DNA of 64,000 nucleotides from contig DATGYO010000083.1 in NCBI GenBank assembly GCA_035297905.1, positions 11,536 through 75,535 on the forward strand, read 5' to 3'. Under the pieces are notes generated by a model. The model saw only the letters and a program-made list of their open reading frames with translations. It was not told the origin of the DNA and ran no database searches. Below are positions 54,716 through 64,000 of this stretch, piece by piece; position 1 is the stretch's first letter; every line of letters begins with the position of its first letter. The position numbers and the translations under genes were made by a program. The DNA is from Nocardioidaceae bacterium. Lineage in GTDB: Bacteria; Actinomycetota; Actinomycetes; Propionibacteriales; Nocardioidaceae.

Positions 54716-55450
54716 TCAGGGGAGGTCGTTGACGAGCTCGGCGGGAGTACGGCGCCGCCCGGTGTAGAACGGCACCTCCTCGCGGACGTGCCGCCTGGTC
54801 TCCGATCCGCGGAGGTGACGCATGAGGTCCACGATCCGGTAGAGCTCGTCGGCCTCGAAGGCCAGCATCCACTCGTAGTCGCCGAGTGCGAACGACGAGA
54901 CGGTGTTCGCCCGGACGTCGGGGTAGTCGCGCGCCATCATGCCGTGCTCGGCGAGGAGCCGGCGGCGCTCGGCGTCGTCGAGGAGGTACCACTCGTAGGA
55001 GCGCACGAACGGGTAGACGCAGACGTACTGGCGAGCGACCTCGTCGGCGAGGAACGCCGGGATGTGGCTCTTGTTGAACTCAGCAGGGCGGTGCAGCGCC
55101 ATCTGCGACCACACCGGGTCGAGCCGCGAACCGAAGGCCGTCCGGCGGAACCGGTGGTAGGCCGTCTGCAGGTCGTCGGAGCTCTCCGCGTGCCACCAGA
55201 CCATCAGCTCGGCGTCGGCCCGCAGACCCGAGACGTCGTACAGGCCGCGCACGCGTACGTCGGACGCCTCGAGGTCCTCGAAGAGCTTCTCTACCTCGTT
55301 CGCCTCGCTAGCCCGATCCCCGTCACCGATCACGTCCCGGAGGTGGAACACCGACCACATGGTGTAGCGGATGGTGTCGTTGAGCTCTCGGGCAGCCTTC
55401 CCGCGGTTCGGGCCGCGGCCGCTCTCGGAACTCTGCACGGCTTCAGTCAT
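54716..55450 (-). CDS. hemQ: Coproheme decarboxylase (chlorite dismutase-like, HemQ/ChdC)
   Basis: 244 aa with 'RYTMWSVF' and '[16 protein letters not shown]' typical of the Actinobacteria HemQ family. Adjacent to hemY. Confidence 0.85.
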   Translation of the reverse strand: MTEAVQSSESGRGPNRGKAARELNDTIRYTMWSVFHLRDVIGDGDRASEANEVEKLFEDLEASDVRVRGLYDVSGLRADAELMVWWHAESSDDLQTAYHRFRRTAFGSRLDPVWSQMALHRPAEFNKSHIPAFLADEVARQYVCVYPFVRSYEWYLLDDAERRRLLAEHGMMARDYPDVRANTVSSFALGDYEWMLAFEADELYRIVDLMRHLRGSETRRHVREEVPFYTGRRRTPAELVNDLP

Positions 55451-55454
55451 GGGT

Positions 55455-56891
55455 TCATTCTCCCCTCTCCGCCAAGGCGTCGAGCACCTGGGTGACCGCG
55501 GCCTCGGCCGAGGCGATGCAGGCCGGGATGCCGAGCCCGTCGTACGCCGCGCCGCACACCGCGACGGCACCGGCCTTGGCCACCGAGAGCCTGACCTGCC
55601 GGACCCGGTCGACGTGCCCGACGGCGTACTGCGGCAGCCCACCACCCCATCGCTGCACGTGCCAGTCGACCGGGCGGACGGAGAGCCCGATGGCGTCGCT
55701 GAGGTCCTCGAGCGCGACCTGCACGAGGCGCTCGTCCTCCACCTGAAGCACCTGTTCCTCGCGATGCCGACCGATCGAGCACCGCATCACGAGCAGGTCG
55801 TCGCTGGGGTCGTCTCCCCTGCCGGCGTCGGCCACCCATTCCCACTTCGCGAAGGAGTACGTCGCTCCCTTCACCGTGCGCCGGTCGACCGGGGGCACGA
55901 GGAAGCCCGACCCGGCGGTCTGCGGGAACTCCCTGCGCCGGAAGGCCATCGTCACGATCGCCATGGACGCGTACTCGATCTGCGCGAGCTCCAGGGCCGC
56001 GTCGGGTGCGACATCACTCAGCAGTCGGGCGGTCGCCGGTGCCGGAGTCGCCAGCACGACGGCGTCTGCCTGGACGACCTCGGGGTCGTGTGCCGACCCG
56101 ACCACGAGGTTCCAGCCACCGCCGGAGCGGTGTGCCAGGTCGCGCACCATGGCGTTGGTGCGTACCGCGCCGTCGAGGTGCTCCGCCATCGCCTGCGGCA
56201 GCTGGCCGACGCCTCCGACGAGGCCGGCGAAGACAGGTACGTCGGAGGTGGCGGACGTCGCCGCAGCAGCGGCACGAAGCATCGACTTGTCCCGGTCGAG
56301 GAGCGCGACGACCTGGGGCACCGTGGCCCGGGCGGAGAGGTCACGGGCGTGCCCGGCGTAGACACCACCGAGCAGCGGCTCCACGAGGCGGTCGACCACC
56401 TCCTTGCCGAACCTCTCCTCGATCAGCCAGCCGACGCTCACGTCGCTCTCACCGATCCGCGTGGCTGGAAGCACCGCGTCGAGCGCAGCCCTCGCGAGGC
56501 CAGCCTTGGAGATGACACCGCTCTCCGCGAGGGCGCGCGCATCGACCGGGACGCCCATCAGCGTTCGCGGCATCGGGACCATCTGGCCGCGGCTCCACAG
56601 GTTGGCCGAGATCGTCGCCGGATGCACCAGCCGGTCGGCCAGGCCGACCTCCTGCGCGAGCGAGATGGCCTCGGGGCGCCGGTTCAGCATCGCCTCGGCG
56701 CCGACGTCCACGGCGATCCCACCGACCTCGGCAAGTGCCAGCTTGCCGCCGACCGATGCCGATCCCTCGAACACGGAGACGCGGATGCCGGGGGCCCGTC
56801 TCTCGAGGGATGCCGCGGCCGCCATCCCGCTGATGCCGGCTCCGACGACCGCGACATCGAGGGGCTCGGCGGAGACGTGTCCGGGGTTCAC
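55455..56891 (-). CDS. hemY: Coproporphyrinogen/protoporphyrinogen oxidase (HemY/CgoX)
   Basis: FAD motif '[14 protein letters not shown]'. About 478 aa. Start is GTG 56891 or ATG 56927. The gene ends 4 nt before the hemQ start. Confidence 0.85.
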   Translation of the reverse strand: MNPGHVSAEPLDVAVVGAGISGMAAAASLERRAPGIRVSVFEGSASVGGKLALAEVGGIAVDVGAEAMLNRRPEAISLAQEVGLADRLVHPATISANLWSRGQMVPMPRTLMGVPVDARALAESGVISKAGLARAALDAVLPATRIGESDVSVGWLIEERFGKEVVDRLVEPLLGGVYAGHARDLSARATVPQVVALLDRDKSMLRAAAAATSATSDVPVFAGLVGGVGQLPQAMAEHLDGAVRTNAMVRDLAHRSGGGWNLVVGSAHDPEVVQADAVVLATPAPATARLLSDVAPDAALELAQIEYASMAIVTMAFRRREFPQTAGSGFLVPPVDRRTVKGATYSFAKWEWVADAGRGDDPSDDLLVMRCSIGRHREEQVLQVEDERLVQVALEDLSDAIGLSVRPVDWHVQRWGGGLPQYAVGHVDRVRQVRLSVAKAGAVAVCGAAYDGLGIPACIASAEAAVTQVLDALAERGE

Positions 56892-57001
56892 AGGTAACAG
56901 GTTCGCAAACCCCCAAGGCATCTCCAAGTCGGACGGAACCGCTCGCGGATGTCGCGCGTCACATCTCCAGATCGCAGAGGAAAGCTCGTCGAGGAGGAGC
57001 C

Positions 57002-57964
57002 ATGCGAACCACGGGTCAGCGCCGGTTGAGGCGGTCGATGACAGCGGGGGCGGTGACGGTGCTGATCGGTCTGGCGGCGGCTTGCAGCGCTGGTTCCGGT
57101 GGTGCGTCCGGAGCCGGGGAGTCGGCGGACGTGATGAGCCAGGACAAGGCCGTCGCGCCAGGATCTGCTTCGAAGTCCCTGGTCGACCGCCAGGGAGGGC
57201 CGGGCGACGCCGGAGGCAAGGATCCGGGCTCCGGCTCCGCGAACCGGCCGGCCATCCAGACCCGAGCGGTGATCCGCACGGGAGAGGTAGCGCTCGTCAC
57301 CAAGGAGATGAACCGGGCGCGGACCGAGATCGACGACCTTCTCGGCCGCCACGGCGGTTACCTCGCCAGCGAGGACACGACCAACGACCGAGCCGGCAAG
57401 CCGGAGCACTCCGTGCTCGTCCTGCGGGTGCCGGAACCGGCCTTCGACACCGTGATGGCCGAGCTCACCGCCATCGGGAAGACCGAGCACGCCGACCGCA
57501 GCTCGGAGGACGTGACGACCGAGGTGATAGACGTGAACACGCGGGTCGCCACCCAGGAGGCCAGCATCGCCCGGCTGCAGCGGTTCCTTCGGCAGGCGCA
57601 GAACGTCGACGACATGATCCGGATCGAGTCGGAGATCGCGAACCGGCAGGCGGCGCTGGAGTCGCTCAAGGCCCAGCAGAAGTACCTCAGCGACCAGACC
57701 GCGATGTCGACGATCACTGTGCGGCTGCGTACTCCGCAGACTCCCCCGCCGCCCGCTGGGAAGCACGCCGGCTTCCTCGCGGGACTCGAGAACGGCTGGA
57801 GTGCCCTCAAGGCATTGCTCGTGGGCGCCGCCACGGTCACCGGCGCGCTGCTCCCGTTCGCCGTGACGGCCGCCATCCTCGGCGTACCGATCTGGCTGCT
57901 CGTGCGTGCTGCCGCTCGGCGGCGGCAGCACACCGCACCCGAGGCGAGCCCGGAGACGAGCTGA
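57002..57964 (+). CDS. DUF4349 domain lipoprotein
   Basis: Lipobox 'GLAAAC'. The central region is coiled-coil-like ('IESEIANRQAALESLKAQQKYL'). C-terminal TM helices are present. Confidence 0.7.
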   Translation: MRTTGQRRLRRSMTAGAVTVLIGLAAACSAGSGGASGAGESADVMSQDKAVAPGSASKSLVDRQGGPGDAGGKDPGSGSANRPAIQTRAVIRTGEVALVTKEMNRARTEIDDLLGRHGGYLASEDTTNDRAGKPEHSVLVLRVPEPAFDTVMAELTAIGKTEHADRSSEDVTTEVIDVNTRVATQEASIARLQRFLRQAQNVDDMIRIESEIANRQAALESLKAQQKYLSDQTAMSTITVRLRTPQTPPPPAGKHAGFLAGLENGWSALKALLVGAATVTGALLPFAVTAAILGVPIWLLVRAAARRRQHTAPEASPETS

Positions 57965-57979
57965 GGGGCGGCAGCGTGC

Positions 57980-59041
57980 TCAGCGCGCGGAGTGCTCGTG
58001 GACGAAGTCGGTCAACCTGGCGAGCTGGTCCGGATCGGTGGAGGGCATCACACCATGCCCGAGGTTGAAGATGTGGCCCGGAGCCGCACGGCCGGCGTCG
58101 AGGATCTCGGCCGCGCGGGAGAGCATCAGCTCGGTCGGCGCGAACACCAGCGACGGGTCGAGGTTTCCCTGGACGGCCCGGCCACCGACCCGTTCGATCC
58201 CCGCGGCGAGCGGCACGCGCCAGTCCACGCCGACCACGTCGGCACCAGCCTCACCCATCAGGCCGAGCAGCTCACCGGTGCCGACCCCGAAGTGGATGCG
58301 AGGGACGCCGAGGGTACCGGCGTGGGCGAGCACCTGGGCGGAGTACGGCATGACGTAGCGCTGGTAGTCGTCCGGCGCCGTCGCGCCGGCCCAGGAGTCG
58401 AACAGCTGTACGGCGGAGGCGCCCGCCTCCACCTGGACCTGCAGGTAGGCCGCCGAGATGCGCGCGATCTTGCGCATCAAGGCGTCCCAGAGGTCGGGGG
58501 CCCCGAACATCATCGCCTTGGTCTTCGCGTGCTCCTTCGACGGGCCGCCCTCGACGAGGTAGGACGCCACGGTGAACGGCGCACCGGCGAAGCCGATCAG
58601 CGGCGTCGCACCCAGCTCGGAGACCAGGCTCTGCACCGACTCGGTGATGAAGCCGACGTGCTCGGGGGTCAGCTCCGGGATCGCCTCGACGTCGGCCAGC
58701 GTGCTGACAGGCTTGGCCACGACCGGGCCGACGCCCGGCACGATGTCGAGGTCGACGCCCACCGCCTTGAGCGGCAGCACGATGTCCGAGAAGAAGATCG
58801 CGGCGTCGACGCCATACCTCCGCACCGGCTGCATGGTGATCTCCACGACGAGGTCGGGCCGCATGCACGACTCGAGCATCGGCACGCCCTCGCGGACCTT
58901 GCGGTACTCGGGCAGCGACCGGCCGGCCTGGCGCATGAACCACACCGGCGTGTACGGCACCTCCTCACCGCGGGCGGCGCGGAGAAAGGCGGAGTCGAGG
59001 ACGTCGGGGTTGGACTGCGAGGCTGCTGGCACGGTCTCATC
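57980..59041 (-). CDS. hemE: Uroporphyrinogen decarboxylase
   Basis: Signature '[15 protein letters not shown]'. GTG 59041 gives 353 aa; the track ORF to 59716 is an upstream extension. Confidence 0.9.
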   Translation of the reverse strand, partial: DETVPAASQSNPDVLDSAFLRAARGEEVPYTPVWFMRQAGRSLPEYRKVREGVPMLESCMRPDLVVEITMQPVRRYGVDAAIFFSDIVLPLKAVGVDLDIVPGVGPVVAKPVSTLADVEAIPELTPEHVGFITESVQSLVSELGATPLIGFAGAPFTVASYLVEGGPSKEHAKTKAMMFGAPDLWDALMRKIARISAAYLQVQVEAGASAVQLFDSWAGATAPDDYQRYVMPYSAQVLAHAGTLGVPRIHFGVGTGELLGLMGEAGADVVGVDWRVPLAAGIERVGGRAVQGNLDPSLVFAPTELMLSRAAEILDAGRAAPGHIFNLGHGVMPSTDPDQLARLTDFVHEHSAR

Positions 59042-59101
59042 TTCGCAGGTCAGGCGGCGAGTCGAAGTCCGGCCCGACGCAAACCGGCTTAGCATGACCC
59101 C

Positions 59102-59701
59102 ATGGCCGCACGACAAGAGCCCCGTGTGGAGGCACCCGCGACGCCCGAGGAATTCCTCGCGGCGGTCGAGCGGATGCACACCGCGAGGCTGCGCCCGGAG
59201 ATCTTCTGCGAGGAGATGCCGGCACCACAGCGGATAGCCCCCTTCGCCTCGGCGTTGTCCGCGGACGTGACCGTCGAGGGTGAAGACGTCGGCACCGGAC
59301 GCATCGTGCTGCTGCATGACCCCGCGGGCAACGACGCGTGGGAGGGGACGTTCCGGTGCGTCGCCTACGCCCGCGCCGAGATCGACCCGGAGATGGCCAA
59401 CGACCCCCTGCTCGGCGAGGTGGGCTGGTCCTGGCTCACCGAGGCGCTGGAGGCGCACGGCGCTGAGTACGCCGCACCGTCCGGCACGGTGACCAAGGTC
59501 TCGTCGGAGAGCTTCGGGAGCATGGCCGAGGAGGAGGCGACCGCCCAGCTCGAGATCCGGGCCTCGTGGACACCCATCGGTGACATCGCCGACCACGTCG
59601 AGGCGTGGGGCGAGCTGCTGTGCACCGCCGTCGGCCTGCCGCCCGTGCCCGAGGGTGTCGCGCCGTTGCCGAGCCGCCGAGGACAGCGCGGCCGTAGCTG
59701 A
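59102..59701 (+). CDS. DUF3000 domain protein
   Basis: 199 aa, divergent from hemE as commonly seen in Actinobacteria. '[20 protein letters not shown]'. Its stop shares one nucleotide with the rnd ATG (TGATG). Confidence 0.7.
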   Translation: MAARQEPRVEAPATPEEFLAAVERMHTARLRPEIFCEEMPAPQRIAPFASALSADVTVEGEDVGTGRIVLLHDPAGNDAWEGTFRCVAYARAEIDPEMANDPLLGEVGWSWLTEALEAHGAEYAAPSGTVTKVSSESFGSMAEEEATAQLEIRASWTPIGDIADHVEAWGELLCTAVGLPPVPEGVAPLPSRRGQRGRS

Positions 59702-61062
59702 TGCCCTCCGCTCCATTGCCGTCCGAACAGTCAGAGTCGCCCGAGTCGGCGAAGACCGGCAGGCCGACGCCGGCCGACCTGGTGGACCAGACCGACCAGG
59801 CCGAGGCGCCCCAGGCCCCGCTGCTCGAGCTGCGTGACGGCCTGCCTCCGGTCGTCGACTCCGAACCGGCGCTGACCGAGATCGTCGAGGCGATCCGCGC
59901 CGGCTCCGGCCCGGTCGCCGTGGACGCCGAGCGGGCTTCGGGGTACCGCTACTCGGCCCGGGCGTATCTTATCCAGCTGCGGCGAGAGGGTGCCGGGTCC
60001 GCACTGGTCGACCCGATCCCGTTCGACGACATGCGCGCCCTCAACGACGCGATCGGTGACGCCGAGTGGATCCTCCACGCCGCCACCCAGGACCTGCCCT
60101 GCCTCACCGAGCTCGGCATGCGCCCCGCCGCCCTCTTCGACACCGAGCTCGCGGGCCGGCTGCTCGGCTACCCCCGGGTCGGGCTCGCCACGCTCGTGGA
60201 GACCATCGTCGGGCGCCGCATGCGCAAGGAGCACTCCGCGGTGGACTGGTCCACGCGTCCGCTTCCCGAGCCATGGCTGGAGTACGCCGCACTCGACGTC
60301 GAGGCGCTGATCGAGCTCCGGGACGCACTCGCCCAGGAGCTGGATCAGACCGGCAAATGGGAATGGGCCCGCCAGGAGTTCGAGCACCTGGTCCAGGCCG
60401 CCCCCGGCGGCCCACGGCAGGACCCGTGGCGCCGCACCTCGGGCATGCACCGGGCCCGGGGCCGTCGTGCCCTCGCCGCTGTCAAGGAGCTGTGGGAGGC
60501 CCGCGACGCGATCGCGGCCCAGCGGGACGTGACCCCCGGCCGGATCATCCCCGACTCCGCGATCGTCGAGGCCGCCAACGCACTCCCCCGCGACCGCTCC
60601 ACGCTCCTGAACCTGAAGGGCTTCAAGGGTCGAGGCGCCCAGCGCTACGCGAACCGATGGGTCGAGGCGCTCAGGGCGGCCCGGGCGCTGCCCGACGAAG
60701 AGCTGCCGCCCCTGGCCGCCAGGTACGACGGGCCGCCGCCTCCTCGGTCCTGGGCCGACCGTGACCCGGTGGCGGCGGCGCGGCTGAGCACCGCCCGCAG
60801 CGAGCTTGCCTTGCGCGCGAAGGACCTCAACCTGCCGGTGGAGAACCTGCTCACCCCCGACTTCGTGCGGCGCGTGATGTGGGAGCCGCCGGAGGTCGAG
60901 GAGCACGAGCTCGTCGACGCGGTCGCCGAGCGGCTGCGCGGGCTGGGGGCTCGCGCGTGGCAGGTCGAGCTGACCACGGAAATCCTCGCCAAGGCGATCG
61001 TGACGGCCCCCGCGACAGTGGCGACTCAGGCCGAGTCGGCTACGTCGGCCGACGACTCCTAG
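59701..61062 (+). CDS. rnd: Ribonuclease D-like 3'-5' exonuclease with HRDC domain
   Basis: DEDD exonuclease motifs 'VAVDAERAS' and 'ILHAATQDL'. '[12 protein letters not shown]' is followed by an HRDC-like region. Confidence 0.8.
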   Translation: MPSAPLPSEQSESPESAKTGRPTPADLVDQTDQAEAPQAPLLELRDGLPPVVDSEPALTEIVEAIRAGSGPVAVDAERASGYRYSARAYLIQLRREGAGSALVDPIPFDDMRALNDAIGDAEWILHAATQDLPCLTELGMRPAALFDTELAGRLLGYPRVGLATLVETIVGRRMRKEHSAVDWSTRPLPEPWLEYAALDVEALIELRDALAQELDQTGKWEWARQEFEHLVQAAPGGPRQDPWRRTSGMHRARGRRALAAVKELWEARDAIAAQRDVTPGRIIPDSAIVEAANALPRDRSTLLNLKGFKGRGAQRYANRWVEALRAARALPDEELPPLAARYDGPPPPRSWADRDPVAAARLSTARSELALRAKDLNLPVENLLTPDFVRRVMWEPPEVEEHELVDAVAERLRGLGARAWQVELTTEILAKAIVTAPATVATQAESATSADDS

Positions 61063-61085
61063 CGTCGCAGGGCGGCGACGCCGTT

Positions 61086-61121
61086 CACTGGGGCCCTCAC
61101 TGGGGCCCTCACTGGGGCTCG
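61086..61121. repeat. 12-nt tandem repeat x3 (CACTGGGGCCCT x2 + CACTGGGGCTCG) spanning the 3' end of the SBP gene
   Basis: Read directly. On the minus strand it reads ...CCC CAG TGA GGG CCC CAG TGA GGG CCC CAG TGA. This gives three in-phase stop codons 12 nt apart. Confidence 0.9.
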
Positions 61122-62452
61122 GGAGCGAGCACCCGCGACGACGTGGTGTCGATCTCGTCGAGCAGGGAGTCGAGGTCGATCACAGGCGCGTAGAACATCC
61201 GGTTCAGGGCCGGCTCGACGGCTTCGGAGAGCTGCGGCCACTGAGGCACGAAGGGCAGGTCCTGCGCCCGGCGTACACCTTCGTTGAAGATGAACGAGCT
61301 CGCCGGCTGCTGGGCCTCCTGGGTGAAGACCGGGGAGTTGGCCACCTTCACGTTCGAGGGCACGACGTACCCGGAACGCGCGGTGATCGCGGCACCCTCG
61401 TCACTGACGGCGAAGGCGAGGAAGTCACCGGCGGCCTCGAGGGCCTGGGTGTCGGCGGAGATGCAGTAACCGGTCATGTCGGCGATCGTGCGAAGGCGGC
61501 CGAGGCTGGGCAGCGGCATGACGTCGAAGCGCAGGCCCTGGGCGGCACGGAACTGCGGGGTGAGCGCGCGAGTGCCGAGGATCATCCCGAGCTTGCCGTG
61601 CTTGAAGCGCGCCACGGCGTCCTGGTTCTCCAGCTGGCGACTGTCGGGAGTCAGCTGCGGGTCGCGCACCACGGCGAGCACCTGCTCCAGTGCCGCCCGG
61701 GAGTCGCTGTCCGCGAGCGTGAGGGTGGTGGGTGCTTGCGGGTCGTCGACGATGTCACCGCCGGCGGACCAGATGAACGGCGCCAGAGAGGCGAGGGACG
61801 GCTCGATGTAGACCCCGCTGGCCGGCCCCCGCGAGGCCTGACGCGCGGCCTTGGTGAACATCTCCCAGGACCACCCGTCCAGTGCGGTCGGCGCCGCCTC
61901 TCCGGCCGTTCCCAGCCGGTTGAGGTCGACGAGGTCCTTGTTGTAGTAGACGACCACCGGCGAGACGTCGTTGGGCATGCACTGCAGGTGTGCGTCCGCG
62001 GCGAAGGCGGTGAGCCCTCCACGCTGGTAGCCGTCGCCGAAGTTCACGTTGCGCGCCTCGAGGAGGCCGTCGACGGGGCGGAGGCGCTTGTCCTGCACGA
62101 GACCGGGTAGGTGGTCGTGGTCCATCACGAACACGTCGGGGGCCTGACCGCTCTCGACCGACTGCAGGACGGCTTCGGCGTCTGGATAGCGCTTCACCTT
62201 CACGGTGACGTTGGGGTGCTCGGCGCTGAACCTGTCGGCGAGGGCGTCGTAGGAGTCGAGACTCCCCTTAGGTCCGTAGACCCCGACGGTGATCGTTGCC
62301 GGTTCGGCAGGGGCAGAGCTCGATGCCGAGCTGCTCGCGGAGGGGTCGGGCGTCCCGCCCTCTGCCCCGGCGCCGGCGGTCGAGCAGCCGGCGACCAGCC
62401 CGCAGAGGACGATGCCGCTGGCCAGCGCCTTGATCCTGCGACCGACCGCCAC
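61109..62452 (-). CDS. ABC transporter sugar-type substrate-binding lipoprotein
   Basis: GTG start at 62452. Lipobox 'LVAGCS'. Length and sequence are typical of family-1 solute-binding proteins. The track ORF to 63688 is an upstream extension. Confidence 0.8.
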   Translation of the reverse strand: MAVGRRIKALASGIVLCGLVAGCSTAGAGAEGGTPDPSASSSASSSAPAEPATITVGVYGPKGSLDSYDALADRFSAEHPNVTVKVKRYPDAEAVLQSVESGQAPDVFVMDHDHLPGLVQDKRLRPVDGLLEARNVNFGDGYQRGGLTAFAADAHLQCMPNDVSPVVVYYNKDLVDLNRLGTAGEAAPTALDGWSWEMFTKAARQASRGPASGVYIEPSLASLAPFIWSAGGDIVDDPQAPTTLTLADSDSRAALEQVLAVVRDPQLTPDSRQLENQDAVARFKHGKLGMILGTRALTPQFRAAQGLRFDVMPLPSLGRLRTIADMTGYCISADTQALEAAGDFLAFAVSDEGAAITARSGYVVPSNVKVANSPVFTQEAQQPASSFIFNEGVRRAQDLPFVPQWPQLSEAVEPALNRMFYAPVIDLDSLLDEIDTTSSRVLAPEPQ

Positions 62453-62626
62453 CTGAACCGCCCTTTCCCAGACCGACGTACCTTGACCTGCAACTGCAAA
62501 CCGTACCGGCAGCCACCCGATGGCCCGGCGGTGCGGTCCAGCGTGGCGCTCGGCCCTGCGGCGTCGGAGGACCCTAGGCTTGGGGAGCGGCGCACGCACC
62601 GCGCCCCTCCCGCCGAAGGACCTGTG

Positions 62627-63463
62627 ATGACGCTCAACCACACCCGGCTCACCCTCGGCCTGGGGGTCTCCGCCCTTGCCCTCGTACTCACCGGCTGCGC
62701 CGGCGCGAGCGACGAGCAGCCGCGCAGCGCATCGGCGGCGGACGACTCCGCCGCTTCCTCGAAGGCGCCGCGCCCGAAGGCCTCCGGGGGTGCGAAGTCG
62801 GCACGGAGCGCGTCTCCGGCCCCCACCAGCTCCCCCGCCAAGTCCTCCGCCAAGGCACCGGCCGCCTCCACCTCGCCGGCAGCTGCCACCGGCCCCGCCG
62901 CGAAGCGGACGCTCCCCGACCGGCTGCTCGCGGCCTCGGAGGTCCCCGGCTTCGAGGACGGGTTCGCGTGGCGGGTGACGTCCACCCGCAGGACCGAGGG
63001 CCAGGAACCGTTCGGGACATGCCACAAGTACGCGATGACCTCCATCGGCGCCATGCGCGTCGCGGTGCGGCAGTTCACCCCGAAGCACGGGTCGGACGCG
63101 GACACGGCCAGCCACCTGGTCGCCGACTTCGCCGACGGGTCGACCGCCCGGCGCGCCTTCGAGGTGCTGAAGTCCTGGCGCGCCCGGTGCGGCGAGGAGC
63201 TGTCGGAGTACCAGCAACGCGACGTCGGCAAGCTCCGGACGGTCGACGTAGCCGGCGGGGTGGCCGGGTGGTACCTGCTGACCTACGGCCCCGCGTCCGG
63301 CGAGAACGACGACGACGCCTACTTCGACGCCCAGGGCATGACCCGGGTCGGCAAGCGCATCTCCCTGCTGGAGATGCGACTCGTGGCACAGGACTACGAC
63401 TACCCGACGGGTCAGGAACCGATGGTCGAGGCGGTCCGCACGGCGGCCGGCAAGCTCGGCTGA
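62627..63463 (+). CDS. Hypothetical lipoprotein with Ala/Ser/Pro-rich linker
   Basis: GAAGGA SD upstream. 'LALVLTGCAG' lipobox. A low-complexity linker precedes a globular C-terminal domain of about 180 aa with no family recognised. Confidence 0.6.
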   Translation: MTLNHTRLTLGLGVSALALVLTGCAGASDEQPRSASAADDSAASSKAPRPKASGGAKSARSASPAPTSSPAKSSAKAPAASTSPAAATGPAAKRTLPDRLLAASEVPGFEDGFAWRVTSTRRTEGQEPFGTCHKYAMTSIGAMRVAVRQFTPKHGSDADTASHLVADFADGSTARRAFEVLKSWRARCGEELSEYQQRDVGKLRTVDVAGGVAGWYLLTYGPASGENDDDAYFDAQGMTRVGKRISLLEMRLVAQDYDYPTGQEPMVEAVRTAAGKLG

Positions 63464-63476
63464 CGCCTCCAGGTCG

Positions 63477-64000
63477 TCAGGCCGCGTCGAGCTTCGCGAG
63501 ATCGTCCTCGTCGAGGTGCAGCCGGGCCGCCGCGACGGAGTCCTGGACCGACTCGACCCGGCTGGCGCCGGGGATCGGGATGACGACCGGCGACTTGGCG
63601 AGCTCCCACGCCAGCGCCACCTGCTGTGGTGACACGCCATACTTCGCGCCGACCTCCGCGAACGGCGCGAACTGGTCCCCGAGCTCACTGGCGCTGCTCA
63701 TGCCGCCCAGCGGGCTCCACGGAAGGAACGCGATGCCGAGCTCGGTGCACAGGTCGAGCTCGGCCTGCGAGCTGCGGAACCGCGGCGAGAACTCGTTCTG
63801 CACCGCGGCCAGCCCGTCGCCGAGGATGTCGAAGGCGAGCAGGATCTGGTCCGGGTCGGCGTTCGAGATCCCGGCGTGGACGATCAGCCCGTCGTCGATG
63901 AGGGCCTTGAGAGCACCCATCGTCTCGGCGTAGTCGACCTCCGGGTCCGGGCGGTGGTGCTGGTAGAGCCCGATCGCCTCGACGCCGAGCCTGCGAAGAG
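63477..64000 (-). CDS. Aldo/keto reductase (3' part; 5' end lies beyond the window)
   Basis: The in-frame translation continues upstream of the track Met ('...LGVEAIGLYQHHRPDPEVDYAETMGALKALIDDGLIVHAGISN'). This is the classic AKR core. Confidence 0.85.
   Translation of the reverse strand, partial: LRRLGVEAIGLYQHHRPDPEVDYAETMGALKALIDDGLIVHAGISNADPDQILLAFDILGDGLAAVQNEFSPRFRSSQAELDLCTELGIAFLPWSPLGGMSSASELGDQFAPFAEVGAKYGVSPQQVALAWELAKSPVVIPIPGASRVESVQDSVAAARLHLDEDDLAKLDAA

Noticed and set aside
62453-63688. Upstream 412 codons of the 859-aa track ORF containing the solute-binding protein.
   Set aside because: This part is a Gly/Arg/Pro-rich shadow of the plus-strand lipoprotein gene (62627..63463). 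The SBP has a proper GTG start, SD and lipobox at 62452.

Overview
High-GC actinobacterial chromosomal window with strong GC3 bias. Gene content and synteny (sirA-cysH-cbiX, hemY-hemQ, hemE-DUF3000-rnd, bldC, LCP, WS/DGAT, Ddn-like F420 enzyme, PPK2) suggest a Nocardioidaceae/Propionibacteriales-like genome; the taxon is inference only. I support about 60 protein-coding genes. They are tightly packed, and many adjacent genes overlap by 1-4 nt at stop/start (ATGA, GTGA, TGATG), which suggests translational coupling. I saw no tRNA, rRNA, CRISPR array, transposase, integrase or prophage, so this looks like core chromosome with a few poorly characterised modules. Most long ORFs in the six-frame track are antisense or out-of-frame shadow ORFs typical of high-GC DNA (Arg/Pro/Gly-rich), and I discarded them. 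Several real starts were moved downstream of the track start. Three real-looking ORFs under 60 aa are missing from the track: a zinc-ribbon gene between sirA and cysH, a DUF3099-like gene, and a 53-aa candidate. The observations most worth follow-up are: (1) a monocistronic fusion of a DUF429 RNase-H-fold domain to a RelA/SpoT synthetase-type domain; (2) a PPK2 / HipA-like kinase / DUF3037 operon; (3) a NOX/FRE-type flavocytochrome preceded by an 8-Cys mini-protein; (4) a PHM/DBH-like copper monooxygenase lipoprotein with all copper ligands present. All family calls come from motif recognition by eye. No searches, covariance models or composition statistics were run.
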